Of a stretch of DNA of 64,000 bases, positions 31,914 through 42,419 are shown piece after piece. The translations under genes were made by a program, and so were the position numbers. A model generated the notes under the pieces. The model saw only the letters and a program-made list of their open reading frames with translations, made no database searches and was not told the DNA's origin. The stretch lies in the NCBI GenBank assembly GCA_965222605.1, contig OZ244960.1:4800001-4864000 (forward strand), given 5' to 3'. Every line of letters starts with the position of its first letter. The first letter of the stretch is position 1. The stretch comes from Candidatus Latescibacterota bacterium (lineage in GTDB: Bacteria > Latescibacterota > UBA2968).

Positions 31914-32792
31914 ATGCGATTTTTAGACTATTTTACCGGCAATCAACCAGTCATTTCCTTTGAGATTTATCCGCCGCAGACGCAGGGTGGCATGCGCGCG
32001 CTCAAAGCGCGGATTGTTCCCAATTTGCTCAAGCTAAATCCCAGTTATATGACGGTTACGTATGGTGCAGGTGGCTCTACCCGCGCCAAGACGCTGGAGA
32101 TTGCTTCGCTTATCCAGAATGAATTTGGTCTGACTGCGGCGTGTCATCTCACCTGTGTAGGATCGTCCCGAACAGATATCGATGATATTTTGAAGGCGAT
32201 TCGCGGGGAAGGCATTCGCAATATTGTCGCGCTTCGCGGCGATCCCCCTCGCGGAGAAGATACTTTTGTTCCCGCAAGAGATGGATTTGCATACGGCAAT
32301 GAGCTTGTGGCGCATATTCGCGGTACGGAACCCAAAGGCGATGGATTTGGATTGGCTGTTGCGGGTTATCCCGAAAAACACCTCGAAGCGCCCGATTTCG
32401 ATACGGATATTGCAAGTCTTAAGCGCAAGGTCGAGTCCGGTGGGGATATTGTTATTACACAGCTTTTTTACAATAACGATTACTTTTTCCGCTTTGTTGA
32501 TCGCGTGCGCGCAGCCAATGTCACAGCACCTATTGTTCCGGGTCTGATGCCGATTCTTTCGGCGGGGCAGATCCAGCGCATCGCATCTTTGTGCGGGTCT
32601 GAGATTCCCAGGGATTTGCAGGATCAACTCAATGGCGCTGTTGATGATGAAGACAAGGCGATGAAAATCGGTATTGATCAGTGCATCGCGCAGGCAACCG
32701 AATTGCTCGAACAGGGCGTGCCGGGTATTCACTTTTACGTGCTCAACAAATCGACTCACATGCGCCAGATTATTAAGGCGCTTCCTCTCTAA
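31914..32792 (+). CDS. metF: 5,10-methylenetetrahydrofolate reductase
   Basis: SFEIYPP, VTYGAGG, HLTC, ALRGDPP, AGYPEKH, ITQLF, HFYVLN. Confidence 0.96.
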   Translation: MRFLDYFTGNQPVISFEIYPPQTQGGMRALKARIVPNLLKLNPSYMTVTYGAGGSTRAKTLEIASLIQNEFGLTAACHLTCVGSSRTDIDDILKAIRGEGIRNIVALRGDPPRGEDTFVPARDGFAYGNELVAHIRGTEPKGDGFGLAVAGYPEKHLEAPDFDTDIASLKRKVESGGDIVITQLFYNNDYFFRFVDRVRAANVTAPIVPGLMPILSAGQIQRIASLCGSEIPRDLQDQLNGAVDDEDKAMKIGIDQCIAQATELLEQGVPGIHFYVLNKSTHMRQIIKALPL

Positions 32793-33390
32793 GTGGAAAT
32801 TTTTCAGTGATCAGCATGATTGGCTTTTTATTGGCAAATACCCTGTAGGTGCGGCAGAGAAGAGGTTCTCCTTCAAGGTGCGCGATGGCCTCTGGCAAAT
32901 TTCGTGCGGTTTCACAGCAGCACCACAATAATTCACGGCGGGTTTCCAATCCGCTGTTTTGCAGAATTCCTCCCAATCCCGCAGGATCTGATTCCAATCC
33001 GTCTAAAATGCCTTTTGGCAAGTGTTGTGGCACAATGAGAGATGTAGCATATGCCTGAATTTTCGGCATGTGGTTACCTGTTGGGGGCGTTTGTAGTACC
33101 ACTTGTCGCGCGATGACGTGTGTTCCTACCGGCAGTTCAAGCCAGACCTGCTCGGTGCATAGTGTCTGTTTCGCCTGGTGGAGGAGCACGACTTCCACCG
33201 GTGCGAGTGCATAGGCTTCAATGAGCCTTGTGACGGTGCCGTCAGTGACGATCAATGCCCGCTGAAATGGCGTTAACTGCGCGATGTTTATTTCTCTCGA
33301 TGTTGTCGGTCTTTCTGCCTGTGCGACAAATATATTTTTTACGCGATTGTCAACAAAGTTTGTCGAATTGAAAATTGGGTCTGTCTTCAT
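32773..33390 (-). CDS. Chorismate pyruvate-lyase family protein (DUF98/UbiC-like)
   Basis: TDGTVTRLIEAY, ARQVVL, LETRRE, RTYRV, PIMLITEKFP. Confidence 0.75.
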   Translation of the reverse strand: MKTDPIFNSTNFVDNRVKNIFVAQAERPTTSREINIAQLTPFQRALIVTDGTVTRLIEAYALAPVEVVLLHQAKQTLCTEQVWLELPVGTHVIARQVVLQTPPTGNHMPKIQAYATSLIVPQHLPKGILDGLESDPAGLGGILQNSGLETRRELLWCCCETARNLPEAIAHLEGEPLLCRTYRVFANKKPIMLITEKFPLREEAP

Positions 33391-33537
33391 CAAGCCTCGT
33401 CCTTCCGTATATACAGCTATTGCGTAACGTAAGTGAGCTTTAGACACATAAGTAGAAAAAAAGTTCTTTGAAACATTGCATATGAGATTTTAATCAGTTA
33501 TTTTGAGTTGGAAACTGACTTTGACGGAAAGAGCGCG

Positions 33538-34302
33538 ATGCGTATTGTAACGTGGAATGTAAACGGGTTGCGGGCGGCACTTCGCAAGGGGTTTGTCGAT
33601 CACATTAAAATACTAAACCCCGATGTGATCCTTTTGCAAGAAATTCGGGTCTTGCCCGAGCAACTGCCCGAAAGCGAGCGCAATCCCGATGGATGGCATG
33701 TTATCTGGCATCCGGCCGAGCGCAAGGGCTATGCGGGTACAGCGGTATGGTCTCGCACGCCTTTAAGAGAGGAAGAACGCGGCGCGGGGGAGGGCGATTT
33801 TGAAGGTCGGATTTTGCGGGTGAGCACTCGAGGTATTCAATTTGTCAGTGTGTACCTGCCTTCGGGGTCATCGGGCGACGAGCGCCAGGCGATCAAGGAG
33901 TGCTGGATGGATCGCTTTCGCGTTTGGGCGGACTGCCTGGTCAAAAAACAGATTCCCACAATTATGGGCGGTGATTTTAATATCGCGCATACCGAACGCG
34001 ATATTTTTTATGCTAGGAGCAACAAAAAGAATTCGGGTTTTTTGCCCCATGAACGCGCGTGGATGGGCGATCTCATCGCATCGGGCTGGCGCGATTTTAC
34101 ACGGGAACACTACGGCGATATTCAGGGACCATATTCGTGGTGGTCCAACCGGGGAAGAGCCAGAGAATTGGACCGTGGCTGGCGTATCGACTATTTGTTG
34201 GGTAATGCGGCAGCCGCAAAACGCGTTCAGTCTGCCTATGTTGACCGCAAAGGCGGCTTGACCATATCTGACCACGCACCGGTTGTTGTCGATTTGAAAT
34301 AG
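33538..34302 (+). CDS. xth: Exodeoxyribonuclease III / AP endonuclease
   Basis: WNVNG, LQE, GDFNIAH, GWRIDY, SDHAP. Confidence 0.93.
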   Translation: MRIVTWNVNGLRAALRKGFVDHIKILNPDVILLQEIRVLPEQLPESERNPDGWHVIWHPAERKGYAGTAVWSRTPLREEERGAGEGDFEGRILRVSTRGIQFVSVYLPSGSSGDERQAIKECWMDRFRVWADCLVKKQIPTIMGGDFNIAHTERDIFYARSNKKNSGFLPHERAWMGDLIASGWRDFTREHYGDIQGPYSWWSNRGRARELDRGWRIDYLLGNAAAAKRVQSAYVDRKGGLTISDHAPVVVDLK

Positions 34303-34322
34303 CTAATACACAGGAGATTTCC

Positions 34323-35753
34323 ATGCACACTCTTGAAACACATCCTTTTGCAACGCTATTCGGTATTGATGAAAGCGTGGTTGCACAGGCATTGTCCGAA
34401 GCGATGTCCAGAGGTGCCGAATTTGCCGATCTGTATTTTCAGCATGTGCGTACCACTTCACTCAGTTTGGAAGATGGCATTATTTCCCGTGCAAGTACAG
34501 GCATTGATCAGGGCGTGGGGATTCGCGCGGTGATTGGGGATCAGGTTGGCTATGCTTTCTCCGAAAGTTTAGAGGCAGATGCGATTTATGCGGCTGCACG
34601 GACAGCGGCTGCGATAGCAGAGGGCACAAAAAATGTGCCGCCGCAACATCTGCAAGGTAGAGACGTTGACAATTATTACGCGATTGACCGCGGCTGGGAT
34701 GAGGTCAATATTACCGAACGCCTGCCACTGGTGCAAAGTGCCGAGACTATGACTCGCGCAATGGATCCCTCAATAGAAAAGGTGTCTGTGGGGTGGATGG
34801 ACAGGGATGAGCGCGTGCTCATTGTGACCAGTGATGGCGTTTTCAGTACGGATCGGCGGCCTATGGCGACGCTGTATTGCTCCGTGACTGCCAACAAGAA
34901 TGGCGTGCGGCAGAGCAATGGGGCTTCGGTTTCTCGGCGCGAGGGTATTGACTATTTTACTGAGGAAAACATCAGAGAGGTCTGCCATAAGGCAGTTGAT
35001 CGCACGATGACTCTCTTTGAGGCGCAGCGTCCACCTGCCGGCGAAATGCCTGTGGTGCTCGCGGCAGGTGCTTCGGGTATTTTGCTCCACGAAGCTATTG
35101 GGCACGGTCTGGAAGCGGATTTCAACCGCAAGGGTACGTCCATTTACGCGACGATGATGAACGAGAAAGTCGCCCCGGATTTTGTAACGATTGTCGATGA
35201 TGGCTTGCAGGAAAATGATCGCGGGGCACTCAATGTAGATGACGAGGGTCAGGCTACCGCGTGTACGACACTTATCGAAAACGGTGTTTTAAAAAGCTAT
35301 TTGCACGACCGCATTTCGGCAAAGCACTATGGGGTTTCACCCACGGGATCAGGCCGCCGCGAGAGCTTCCGCCATGTTCCTATGCCGCGTATGCGATCTA
35401 CGTATATGCTCGACGGACCCCACTCCCGCGACGAGATTATTCGCGCTGTTGATTACGGTATTATTGCCGATACGTTTACCAATGGACAGGTGCAAATTGG
35501 CGCGGGCGATTTTACTTTTTATATCAAGAATGGATGGCTTATCGAAGGTGGCAAAATCACCGCGCCGATCAAGGATGTCAATATTATTGGCAATGGTCCC
35601 GAGGCGTTGAAAAATGTCGTTATGGCAGCAGGCGATGCCGTGTTGGATGATGGTAGCTGGACGTGTGGAAAAAACGGACAGGGCGTGCCCGTTTCGATGG
35701 GCGTTCCGACGATGCTGGTGGAAAAGAGTATGACTGTGGGTGGGGTGAATTGA
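34323..35753 (+). CDS. tldD: TldD metalloprotease subunit
   Basis: HEAIGHGLE, DDEG, MPRMR, CGKNGQ. Confidence 0.92.
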   Translation: MHTLETHPFATLFGIDESVVAQALSEAMSRGAEFADLYFQHVRTTSLSLEDGIISRASTGIDQGVGIRAVIGDQVGYAFSESLEADAIYAAARTAAAIAEGTKNVPPQHLQGRDVDNYYAIDRGWDEVNITERLPLVQSAETMTRAMDPSIEKVSVGWMDRDERVLIVTSDGVFSTDRRPMATLYCSVTANKNGVRQSNGASVSRREGIDYFTEENIREVCHKAVDRTMTLFEAQRPPAGEMPVVLAAGASGILLHEAIGHGLEADFNRKGTSIYATMMNEKVAPDFVTIVDDGLQENDRGALNVDDEGQATACTTLIENGVLKSYLHDRISAKHYGVSPTGSGRRESFRHVPMPRMRSTYMLDGPHSRDEIIRAVDYGIIADTFTNGQVQIGAGDFTFYIKNGWLIEGGKITAPIKDVNIIGNGPEALKNVVMAAGDAVLDDGSWTCGKNGQGVPVSMGVPTMLVEKSMTVGGVN

Positions 35754-35784
35754 GATAGGACTATAAATATAGAAACGGAATAAA

Positions 35785-37101
35785 ATGGAACGAGAACTTC
35801 TCCAACAGGCTGAGCAGGCGGTTGAGCAGGCGCGAAGGGCAGGGGCAAATAATGCGATAGCGCGGGTGCGGGATGAAAATAGCACGGAATACACGTATCG
35901 CGATGGAAATATTGAGCAGGTTCAACAAAGTGCTACCCGCGGCTTGAGTATTCAATTGTATGTCAATGGGCGGTATTCAACACACCAAACCTCGGATTTG
36001 CGCGCGGCGTCGGTTGCCCGGTTTATCGAAGATGCGGTTGCGCTGACGCAGTATCTGGCCGAAGATCCGCATCGCGTTATTCCCGATGCTGCGCTGTATG
36101 CAAATCGTCCGGATACCGATCTCCAATCCGACGATGCTATGGTGCTCGATCTGCCTCGCGAAGCGTGTATCGATTGGCTAAAAAAAATGGATGCTGTCAC
36201 CCATACAGATGACCGTGTGGTGAGTGCTACCGCCGATGTTTACTATGGTTGGAATACTTCGGCTCGGGTGAGTTCAAATGGATTTTCGGGGATACAGAGC
36301 GGGACTTCGATAGGCTATGGCACGAGTGTGACGCTCAAAGAGGGCGCGCATGGGCGTCCCGAAGATCATCGCTATGTGCGGGCGCATCATTTGTCGGATT
36401 TGCTCGATCCGGAGACGGTTGCGCGCGAGGGCCTCGCCCGCGCGATTGCCCGGTTGGGCAGTGAAAAAGCACCGAGCGGGCGAGCGACTATGGTGGTTGA
36501 TCCCGAAGCGGGCGGGCGTTTGATTGGCGCGATATGGGGTGCGTTGCAGGCGCATAGCATTCAGCAGAACCGGTCTTTTCTCGCTGATAAAAAAGACGCG
36601 CAAATTGCCAGTTCGCTCCTGACGGTGACAGATGATCCCCTGATGGTGCGCGGCCTCGCATCTCGACATTACGATGGCGAGGGGATTTCGGCAAAGCGCA
36701 GGTGCGTCGTCAATCAGGGCGTTTTGCAAATGTATTACGTCGATACGTATTACGGGCGAAAACTCGGTTGGGAGCCTACAACTGGAACATCGTCCAATCT
36801 CGTTTTTGCGCCTGGCGATAAAGATCTCAATGGTCTGATTGCAGAGATTAAAGACGGCTTTCACGTCACGTCGTGGCTCGGTGGCAATGCCGATACGACG
36901 ACTGGGGATTTTTCTTATGGTTTTCGCGGCTTTCGCATTGCCAACGGGCGAAAAATGGGTGCGGTATCGGAAATGAATATTGCCGGTAATTTTCTCGATC
37001 TGTTGCAAAATCTCGTCGCCGTGGGCAATGATCCCAATGTCTATTCCAGCCTGCAAACGCCCACTTTGGTTTTTGACAATGTGGCGTTTAGTGGAAAGTA
37101 G
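35785..37101 (+). CDS. pmbA: PmbA/TldE partner subunit
   Basis: DGEG, TGDFSYG, SEMNIAGN; lacks HExxxH; follows tldD. Confidence 0.88.
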   Translation: MERELLQQAEQAVEQARRAGANNAIARVRDENSTEYTYRDGNIEQVQQSATRGLSIQLYVNGRYSTHQTSDLRAASVARFIEDAVALTQYLAEDPHRVIPDAALYANRPDTDLQSDDAMVLDLPREACIDWLKKMDAVTHTDDRVVSATADVYYGWNTSARVSSNGFSGIQSGTSIGYGTSVTLKEGAHGRPEDHRYVRAHHLSDLLDPETVAREGLARAIARLGSEKAPSGRATMVVDPEAGGRLIGAIWGALQAHSIQQNRSFLADKKDAQIASSLLTVTDDPLMVRGLASRHYDGEGISAKRRCVVNQGVLQMYYVDTYYGRKLGWEPTTGTSSNLVFAPGDKDLNGLIAEIKDGFHVTSWLGGNADTTTGDFSYGFRGFRIANGRKMGAVSEMNIAGNFLDLLQNLVAVGNDPNVYSSLQTPTLVFDNVAFSGK

Positions 37102-37127
37102 AATAAGTGGCACACAGAGGTAAAATA

Positions 37128-38414
37128 ATGTCTGCCGCGTCAAAAAAGCCGCGCCATATTGCGCTGGATATTCTCTGCCGCGTTGAGCGGGGAGCATATC
37201 TCGACCGCTTGCTCGACGCGCAGCGCGAACATATCCGCGACCCCGATGGCGATTTGTTTCAACATCTCGTGCGGGGTACGCTGACCTATCGGTCGCGTCT
37301 TGACTATATTTTGACGCCCTATCTCAAAAAACCCCTGTCCAGACAGCACGCCAAACTTCGCAATATCCTGCGCCTTGGTGTTTATCAACTCCAATATCTC
37401 GACCGCGTGCCGCCTTATGCGGTTGTTTCTGAAGCTGTTATTCTCGCCCGTCACATTCTCGGGGAGCCGGTTGCCAAACTGGTCAATGCGGTGTTGCGCG
37501 GTGTGTCCGAAAACCGCAAGCCCGTTGTCTTTCCCGATTTTGATAGTGATCCCGTCAAATATCTCGCCATTACTACTTCACATCCCCGGTGGCTTGTCGC
37601 GCGATGGATCAAACGCTACGGCGTGGATGAAACACGCACCCTGTGTGAGTTTGACAATGTCCAACCCGCTCTGACCATTCGCCCCAATGCGTTGCGAACG
37701 ACGTCTGATGCCCTGCGCGAGCAACTCGCAGTCGAAGGGATTGAGGCCGAATTTGTAGCGTCTGATCTTCTCGCCGTATCCCATGTGGGCGGCCTTTTTC
37801 AGAGCAGGGCTTATTGCGATGGTCTCTTTAGCGTTCAAGGCGCGGGGGCTGCGATGGTTGTTCCTCTGCTCGATCCCCAACCCGGCGAGGCTGTTCTCGA
37901 CTTGTGCAGTGCGCCCGGTGGCAAAGCCACTGCTATGGCCGAGCGCATGAAAAATCGAGGTTTTATTCTCGCGACAGATCTCTACCCGCGCCGTCTCGAA
38001 ATTCTTAAAAAAAACACGCACCGGCTCGGGGTTACATGTGTTTGCCCACTCGCTGCCGATGCGCGTTATTTGGCTGTCAGTCGCTTATTTGATCGGGTTC
38101 TGGTCGATGTGCCCTGTTCCTCACTGGGTATTCTGAACCACCATCCCGACCTGCGCTGGCGGGAATGTGATATTCACGGTCTTGCGCGCTTGCAGCGCGC
38201 TCTAATCGAACGCGCTGCCGAGTACGTGTGCCCGGGTGGCGTTCTCGTTTATAGCACTTGCACCCTCGAACCGGAAGAAAATGAGCGTGTTGTCGAAGCC
38301 TTTTTAAGCGATCATCCGGGCTTTCAGATTACCCATCCCTATCTGCAATTGCTGCCCCACCAAACTGGCAATGACGGTGTTTTTGCCGCGCGGTTGCAAC
38401 GGACGGCTTCTTAG
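37128..38414 (+). CDS. rsmB: 16S rRNA m5C967 methyltransferase
   Basis: NusB-like N-domain (LVNAVLR), SHPRW, DLCSAPGGK, DVPCS, YSTC. Confidence 0.92.
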   Translation: MSAASKKPRHIALDILCRVERGAYLDRLLDAQREHIRDPDGDLFQHLVRGTLTYRSRLDYILTPYLKKPLSRQHAKLRNILRLGVYQLQYLDRVPPYAVVSEAVILARHILGEPVAKLVNAVLRGVSENRKPVVFPDFDSDPVKYLAITTSHPRWLVARWIKRYGVDETRTLCEFDNVQPALTIRPNALRTTSDALREQLAVEGIEAEFVASDLLAVSHVGGLFQSRAYCDGLFSVQGAGAAMVVPLLDPQPGEAVLDLCSAPGGKATAMAERMKNRGFILATDLYPRRLEILKKNTHRLGVTCVCPLAADARYLAVSRLFDRVLVDVPCSSLGILNHHPDLRWRECDIHGLARLQRALIERAAEYVCPGGVLVYSTCTLEPEENERVVEAFLSDHPGFQITHPYLQLLPHQTGNDGVFAARLQRTAS

Positions 38415-39895
38415 GCCAGTTCGTAGTGGCCGGGGTCAGGTAGAGGCACTGGCCGGGCATCTTCGGTGCTGATACTCCAGTCGGCTAACCGCAGGCGCAT
38501 GGCGGCGAGGGCGTCGCGATGTTGATCTTCGTCGATCACATTGACCAACTCGCCTGGGTCGGCGACGAGGTCGTAGAGTTCGTCGCGATCTCCCATGGGG
38601 TCGTGGACGTACTTCCACTGGCGGGTGCGGACCATCTTGCACCGACCGGCTGCCTCGCGCCACTGCAAGGTGTCAATCAGGGTCTTGCGGCCCCAGGGTT
38701 CAGGCAGTTTTTGCAAGTCGGACATGGTAAAGAGCGGCCCTCCGCTTCCGTATTCGGAAAAAGTCGCGTCCCGGGGGGCGGCTGCGGTCACAGTGGGCAG
38801 CGGTATTCCGTGCATGGAATGCGGCTGCGCCAGCCCTTGCAAGTGCAACAGCGTGGGCACGACATCAATCAGATTGGCCATGCTCTGATCGCGCACCCCG
38901 GCCGTGACCTGCCCGGGCCAAGAGACGATTAGCGGCACCCGCGTCAGGCTGTCGTAGAAGACTCCGCCCTTGCACTGCATGGCGTGTTCCCCCATAAAGT
39001 CGCCGTGGTCCGAACAAAAGACCACAATCGTCTGTTCTCGCAGCCCCAATGCGTCGAGTTTGTCGAGTATTTGGCCGAGCGCGTCGTCGATAAAGCGCAC
39101 CATACCAAAATACGAGGCCATGACGCCGTAGAGGTCTTCGGGCGGGTCGCGGCGTACCCCCAGCATTTGGTAGAGTGCTCGGTTGCGTTCGGGGGCGCGC
39201 TCGTCGTCGAATTCGTCGTCGCGCCAGGGGGGAAGGTCAATGTTCGCGGGCGGAAACAAGGCCGCGTATTCGGCCGGGCACAGCCACGGCTCGTGTGGGT
39301 CGGGAAAGGAAACCCACAGGGCAAAGGGCTGGTCTCGGTGCTTTTCGATAAAGCGCGTCGCCTGTCCGGCGATCAGGCCGGTGGAGTGGTCCTCTAACGG
39401 CAGTTCGGAGGTGCCGTAGCTGAAGCGGGGATTCTGGTGGGCGAGCTGGCGATGCTCGGCGGCGACCTTGCGGCGACCTTCTTCCGGCCGGAACCAATCC
39501 ATGCCTCGCGTCCCCTCGCCGCGCCCGCCGTGGGTGAAGGCGTTCCACACATCGAAGAGTGCCAAATCCTCCTCCCGCTGGAAGCAGTGGTTTTTGCCGA
39601 TCAGGCCCGTGGCGTAGCCCGCCGCTTTCCAGAGTTGCCAGGCGTGTTCGGCACCGGCTGGCATCAAGGTCTGGTTGCGCCTGCCCCCGTGCGAGTGGGG
39701 AAACTGCGAGGTCCAAAATGAGATGCGTGCCGGCACGCAGAGTGGGTGCGGGGTGATGGCGTTTTCAAAGAGGACCCCGCTGGCTGATAGGCGTTCCATC
39801 GACGGGGTTTGGCAAAAGGTGTTGCCGTAGAGGTGGCTGGCTGTGGCGCGCTGTTGGTCGGTCATTATTACGAGGATGTTGGGGCGATCAGTCAT
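38411..39895 (-). CDS. Sulfatase (formylglycine-dependent, Cys-type)
   Basis: PNILVIMTDQQR, CVPAR, GKNH, SDHG, ELYDL..DP.E; visibly GC-richer than its neighbours. Confidence 0.92.
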   Translation of the reverse strand: MTDRPNILVIMTDQQRATASHLYGNTFCQTPSMERLSASGVLFENAITPHPLCVPARISFWTSQFPHSHGGRRNQTLMPAGAEHAWQLWKAAGYATGLIGKNHCFQREEDLALFDVWNAFTHGGRGEGTRGMDWFRPEEGRRKVAAEHRQLAHQNPRFSYGTSELPLEDHSTGLIAGQATRFIEKHRDQPFALWVSFPDPHEPWLCPAEYAALFPPANIDLPPWRDDEFDDERAPERNRALYQMLGVRRDPPEDLYGVMASYFGMVRFIDDALGQILDKLDALGLREQTIVVFCSDHGDFMGEHAMQCKGGVFYDSLTRVPLIVSWPGQVTAGVRDQSMANLIDVVPTLLHLQGLAQPHSMHGIPLPTVTAAAPRDATFSEYGSGGPLFTMSDLQKLPEPWGRKTLIDTLQWREAAGRCKMVRTRQWKYVHDPMGDRDELYDLVADPGELVNVIDEDQHRDALAAMRLRLADWSISTEDARPVPLPDPGHYELA

Positions 39896-39915
39896 GGTGT
39901 TTTGGCTCGTCTTTT

Positions 39916-41178
39916 TTATGTGGCTGCTGACATGGCTTTGCTCAATATCTCCGATGTGCTCGGGCGCATGATTCGGGGATCGACTTGAGATCCATTGCTC
40001 AGTGTTTCGCGCACTTGAGAGCCAGAGATAAAGACCGGTTGTTCATCGGGGTGGTTTTCCATCAAATCCACGCGCCCGATGGATTCGTAATAGGCGGCAA
40101 ATCCCACGTTCACGGGCTGAATTTGGAGTTCGCCATTCAGATTTTCAAAAATTTCCTGTGCATCAAAGTCTCCCCAGATCGCGCTGCCGTCGTGATAGGG
40201 GGCATCGGCGTGTTTGCGGCCGATAATGATGTCGGTAAATCCAAAGTTCTGGCGATAAATGGCGTGCATGACGGCTTCTTTGGGACCGGCGTAAAACATT
40301 TTGATATCCAGCCCGAGCAAAATTACTCTGTCCGGTACAGATTCCCCGCGTTTTTGCCATAGTTTCGCGTCGCTATCTCCTTCTCCCAGTCCTCGAGATG
40401 CGATGAGTGCTTCGTAAGTTTGCATGCGAATCTCTGCGCGCACATCGTCTGATTTGGTTTCGCCCATTAGGGGATTTAAGCACGCGCCTGCGTTGTGTCC
40501 CTGGCGCAGGAGGGTTTCCAAACCATATACCAGTGCGTATTCGTGTGCGCGATGCAGGGCATTGCGCGTTTGAAATGCCACAACGCGGTTCCAGCCTTTT
40601 TGTGCGAGGAGGGGCCTGACTTCTCGCGGGCTGAGGACGTATTGTCCAAAATGTGGGTTTTTGGGCTGGGAGAGGGCTTGAATTTCACCGCCCAGGAGAT
40701 GGGTTTTGTCGCCATCGCCATTCAGGACCATATCGGCACCTGGATGATCTGTGCGGTCCGTTAAATATACGCGTTTGAGATATTTGGTTTTATCCCATTC
40801 AAAAATGTCACTGATGTCCAACACCGCCACTATTTCGCCAGATGTGTTTTCCAATGCGACTTTTTGTTCAATCGAAAGGGTTTTGGCAAGGTCGGGACTC
40901 ACGGGCAATGATATTGGGATCGTCCAGGCATAGCGCTTGCCATTCACTTCGATGACGGCTTCGTCGAGTACCCGATGATATGTTTGTGCATCCATCGGTC
41001 CTGTAAGCGGACTCAATCCGCCGTCGCCAAAACGATAGACCGAGGATAGATCTGCATCGCTGACCGGGACGCGCGTCAGTCCGTTTGCACTGGATAAAAA
41101 TGTTTCAACATCTGCTACCATGCGATTGACCGGTTCGGATAGACCACCGTGGGGTGCAATCAGGTGTGTATCGGACAT
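39916..41178 (-). CDS. sat: Sulfate adenylyltransferase (Sat-type ATP sulfurylase)
   Basis: [36 protein letters not shown]. Confidence 0.92.
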   Translation of the reverse strand: MSDTHLIAPHGGLSEPVNRMVADVETFLSSANGLTRVPVSDADLSSVYRFGDGGLSPLTGPMDAQTYHRVLDEAVIEVNGKRYAWTIPISLPVSPDLAKTLSIEQKVALENTSGEIVAVLDISDIFEWDKTKYLKRVYLTDRTDHPGADMVLNGDGDKTHLLGGEIQALSQPKNPHFGQYVLSPREVRPLLAQKGWNRVVAFQTRNALHRAHEYALVYGLETLLRQGHNAGACLNPLMGETKSDDVRAEIRMQTYEALIASRGLGEGDSDAKLWQKRGESVPDRVILLGLDIKMFYAGPKEAVMHAIYRQNFGFTDIIIGRKHADAPYHDGSAIWGDFDAQEIFENLNGELQIQPVNVGFAAYYESIGRVDLMENHPDEQPVFISGSQVRETLSNGSQVDPRIMRPSTSEILSKAMSAAT

Positions 41179-41284
41179 TCGGATAAACCTCCTGTTATTA
41201 TGATATTCTTGATTTACTAAGTAATGAATATATCTTTGACCTGTTTTCTGTCAAGAAATAAAGCGGTTTTGGGCATTTACTGCT

Positions 41285-42355
41285 TCAACGCAATTCATCC
41301 CATTTGAATTCCAGGCGGATGAGATCTGGGGGCGATTCGCGGTGGTGGAGGGATTTATAGGTTATGATATTGAAATACACTTTTTGGACGCGCGTTGTGA
41401 AATAAGGCATCGCATAATACCCGTCGGGTACGACTGCGCCTTCGTAATTGTCCAATATGGCATAGGTGAGGATTTCGAGTGATTCGGGATCGAACTTGAA
41501 TAGACACAATTTCATGCCGCGTATTGTATCCATGTAGTTTCTACCGATGAAGTAGTAGTTGCCATCTCGCTTGAAAAGTCGCGGTCTGCCTATCTGGGCG
41601 CGTATGAATTTGTAGGTCTGTGTCAGGTTCACTTCTCTGATTAATCGGAACGATCCATCGGTGAGATGCATTCGCTGGATGCCGTCCAGGCCTCGCGTGT
41701 TGAAGATGTATCCGTCTTCATATCGCAGGATGGATGTTTCATTGATGGGTGCGTTGCCAAAGGCTTTTGTGAGGTTTGCTACAAACTGCCAACTTTTTCC
41801 ATTGTCATCGGATCGAATCACATCGACATTGGGACTGTTATTTTGATAATGCCGGTAGGGCGTCAAGAGCATCCAGGTTGTTTCGCCCTCTGTCAGAGAT
41901 TCAAACCCATAGACATATTCTGTGCCGTTGATGGGATCGAGTTTTTCGCCACCTTCAAAGTGCATACCATTATCCGAAGACCGATATGCGAGTAGCCCGA
42001 ATTTGTCTTTGGAGTTTGGGAAATGCGGATCTACGTACAGGCCAATATCGCCATTGGCGAATCGGGCAAATTCTCCGTTCTGGATCGTGAAACCATCCAG
42101 ATGCGCGACAATTTTTCGATCCGAAATTGTCTCTGTGGTGGGATTGTAGCGAAACATCTCCCAGTCAGCCGCGGGTTCTGTGTTGTGCCGAGTGCCGCGT
42201 TTGTAGGCGATCAGGATATTATGCTTGTCCAGAAACAATATGTGAGGCGCCTTCACATAGGGCAGTGTCTTTTGTTCTGCGGCTCGTATGAGGATTTCCT
42301 GGGTTTTGTAATAAGGCAGGATGGGAGTATGGGGTTGAGGCGTTACAGGTCTCAT
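41285..42355 (-). CDS. BNR/Asp-box (sialidase-like) beta-propeller protein
   Basis: SSDNGMHF and RSDDNGKSW Asp boxes. Confidence 0.6.
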   Translation of the reverse strand: MRPVTPQPHTPILPYYKTQEILIRAAEQKTLPYVKAPHILFLDKHNILIAYKRGTRHNTEPAADWEMFRYNPTTETISDRKIVAHLDGFTIQNGEFARFANGDIGLYVDPHFPNSKDKFGLLAYRSSDNGMHFEGGEKLDPINGTEYVYGFESLTEGETTWMLLTPYRHYQNNSPNVDVIRSDDNGKSWQFVANLTKAFGNAPINETSILRYEDGYIFNTRGLDGIQRMHLTDGSFRLIREVNLTQTYKFIRAQIGRPRLFKRDGNYYFIGRNYMDTIRGMKLCLFKFDPESLEILTYAILDNYEGAVVPDGYYAMPYFTTRVQKVYFNIITYKSLHHRESPPDLIRLEFKWDELR

Positions 42356-42419
42356 TCTTTTCCTCGAAGATATTTACCGCGATCCGAAAGTGGATGTCGC
42401 CGCTGCCCATTGTTGAATA

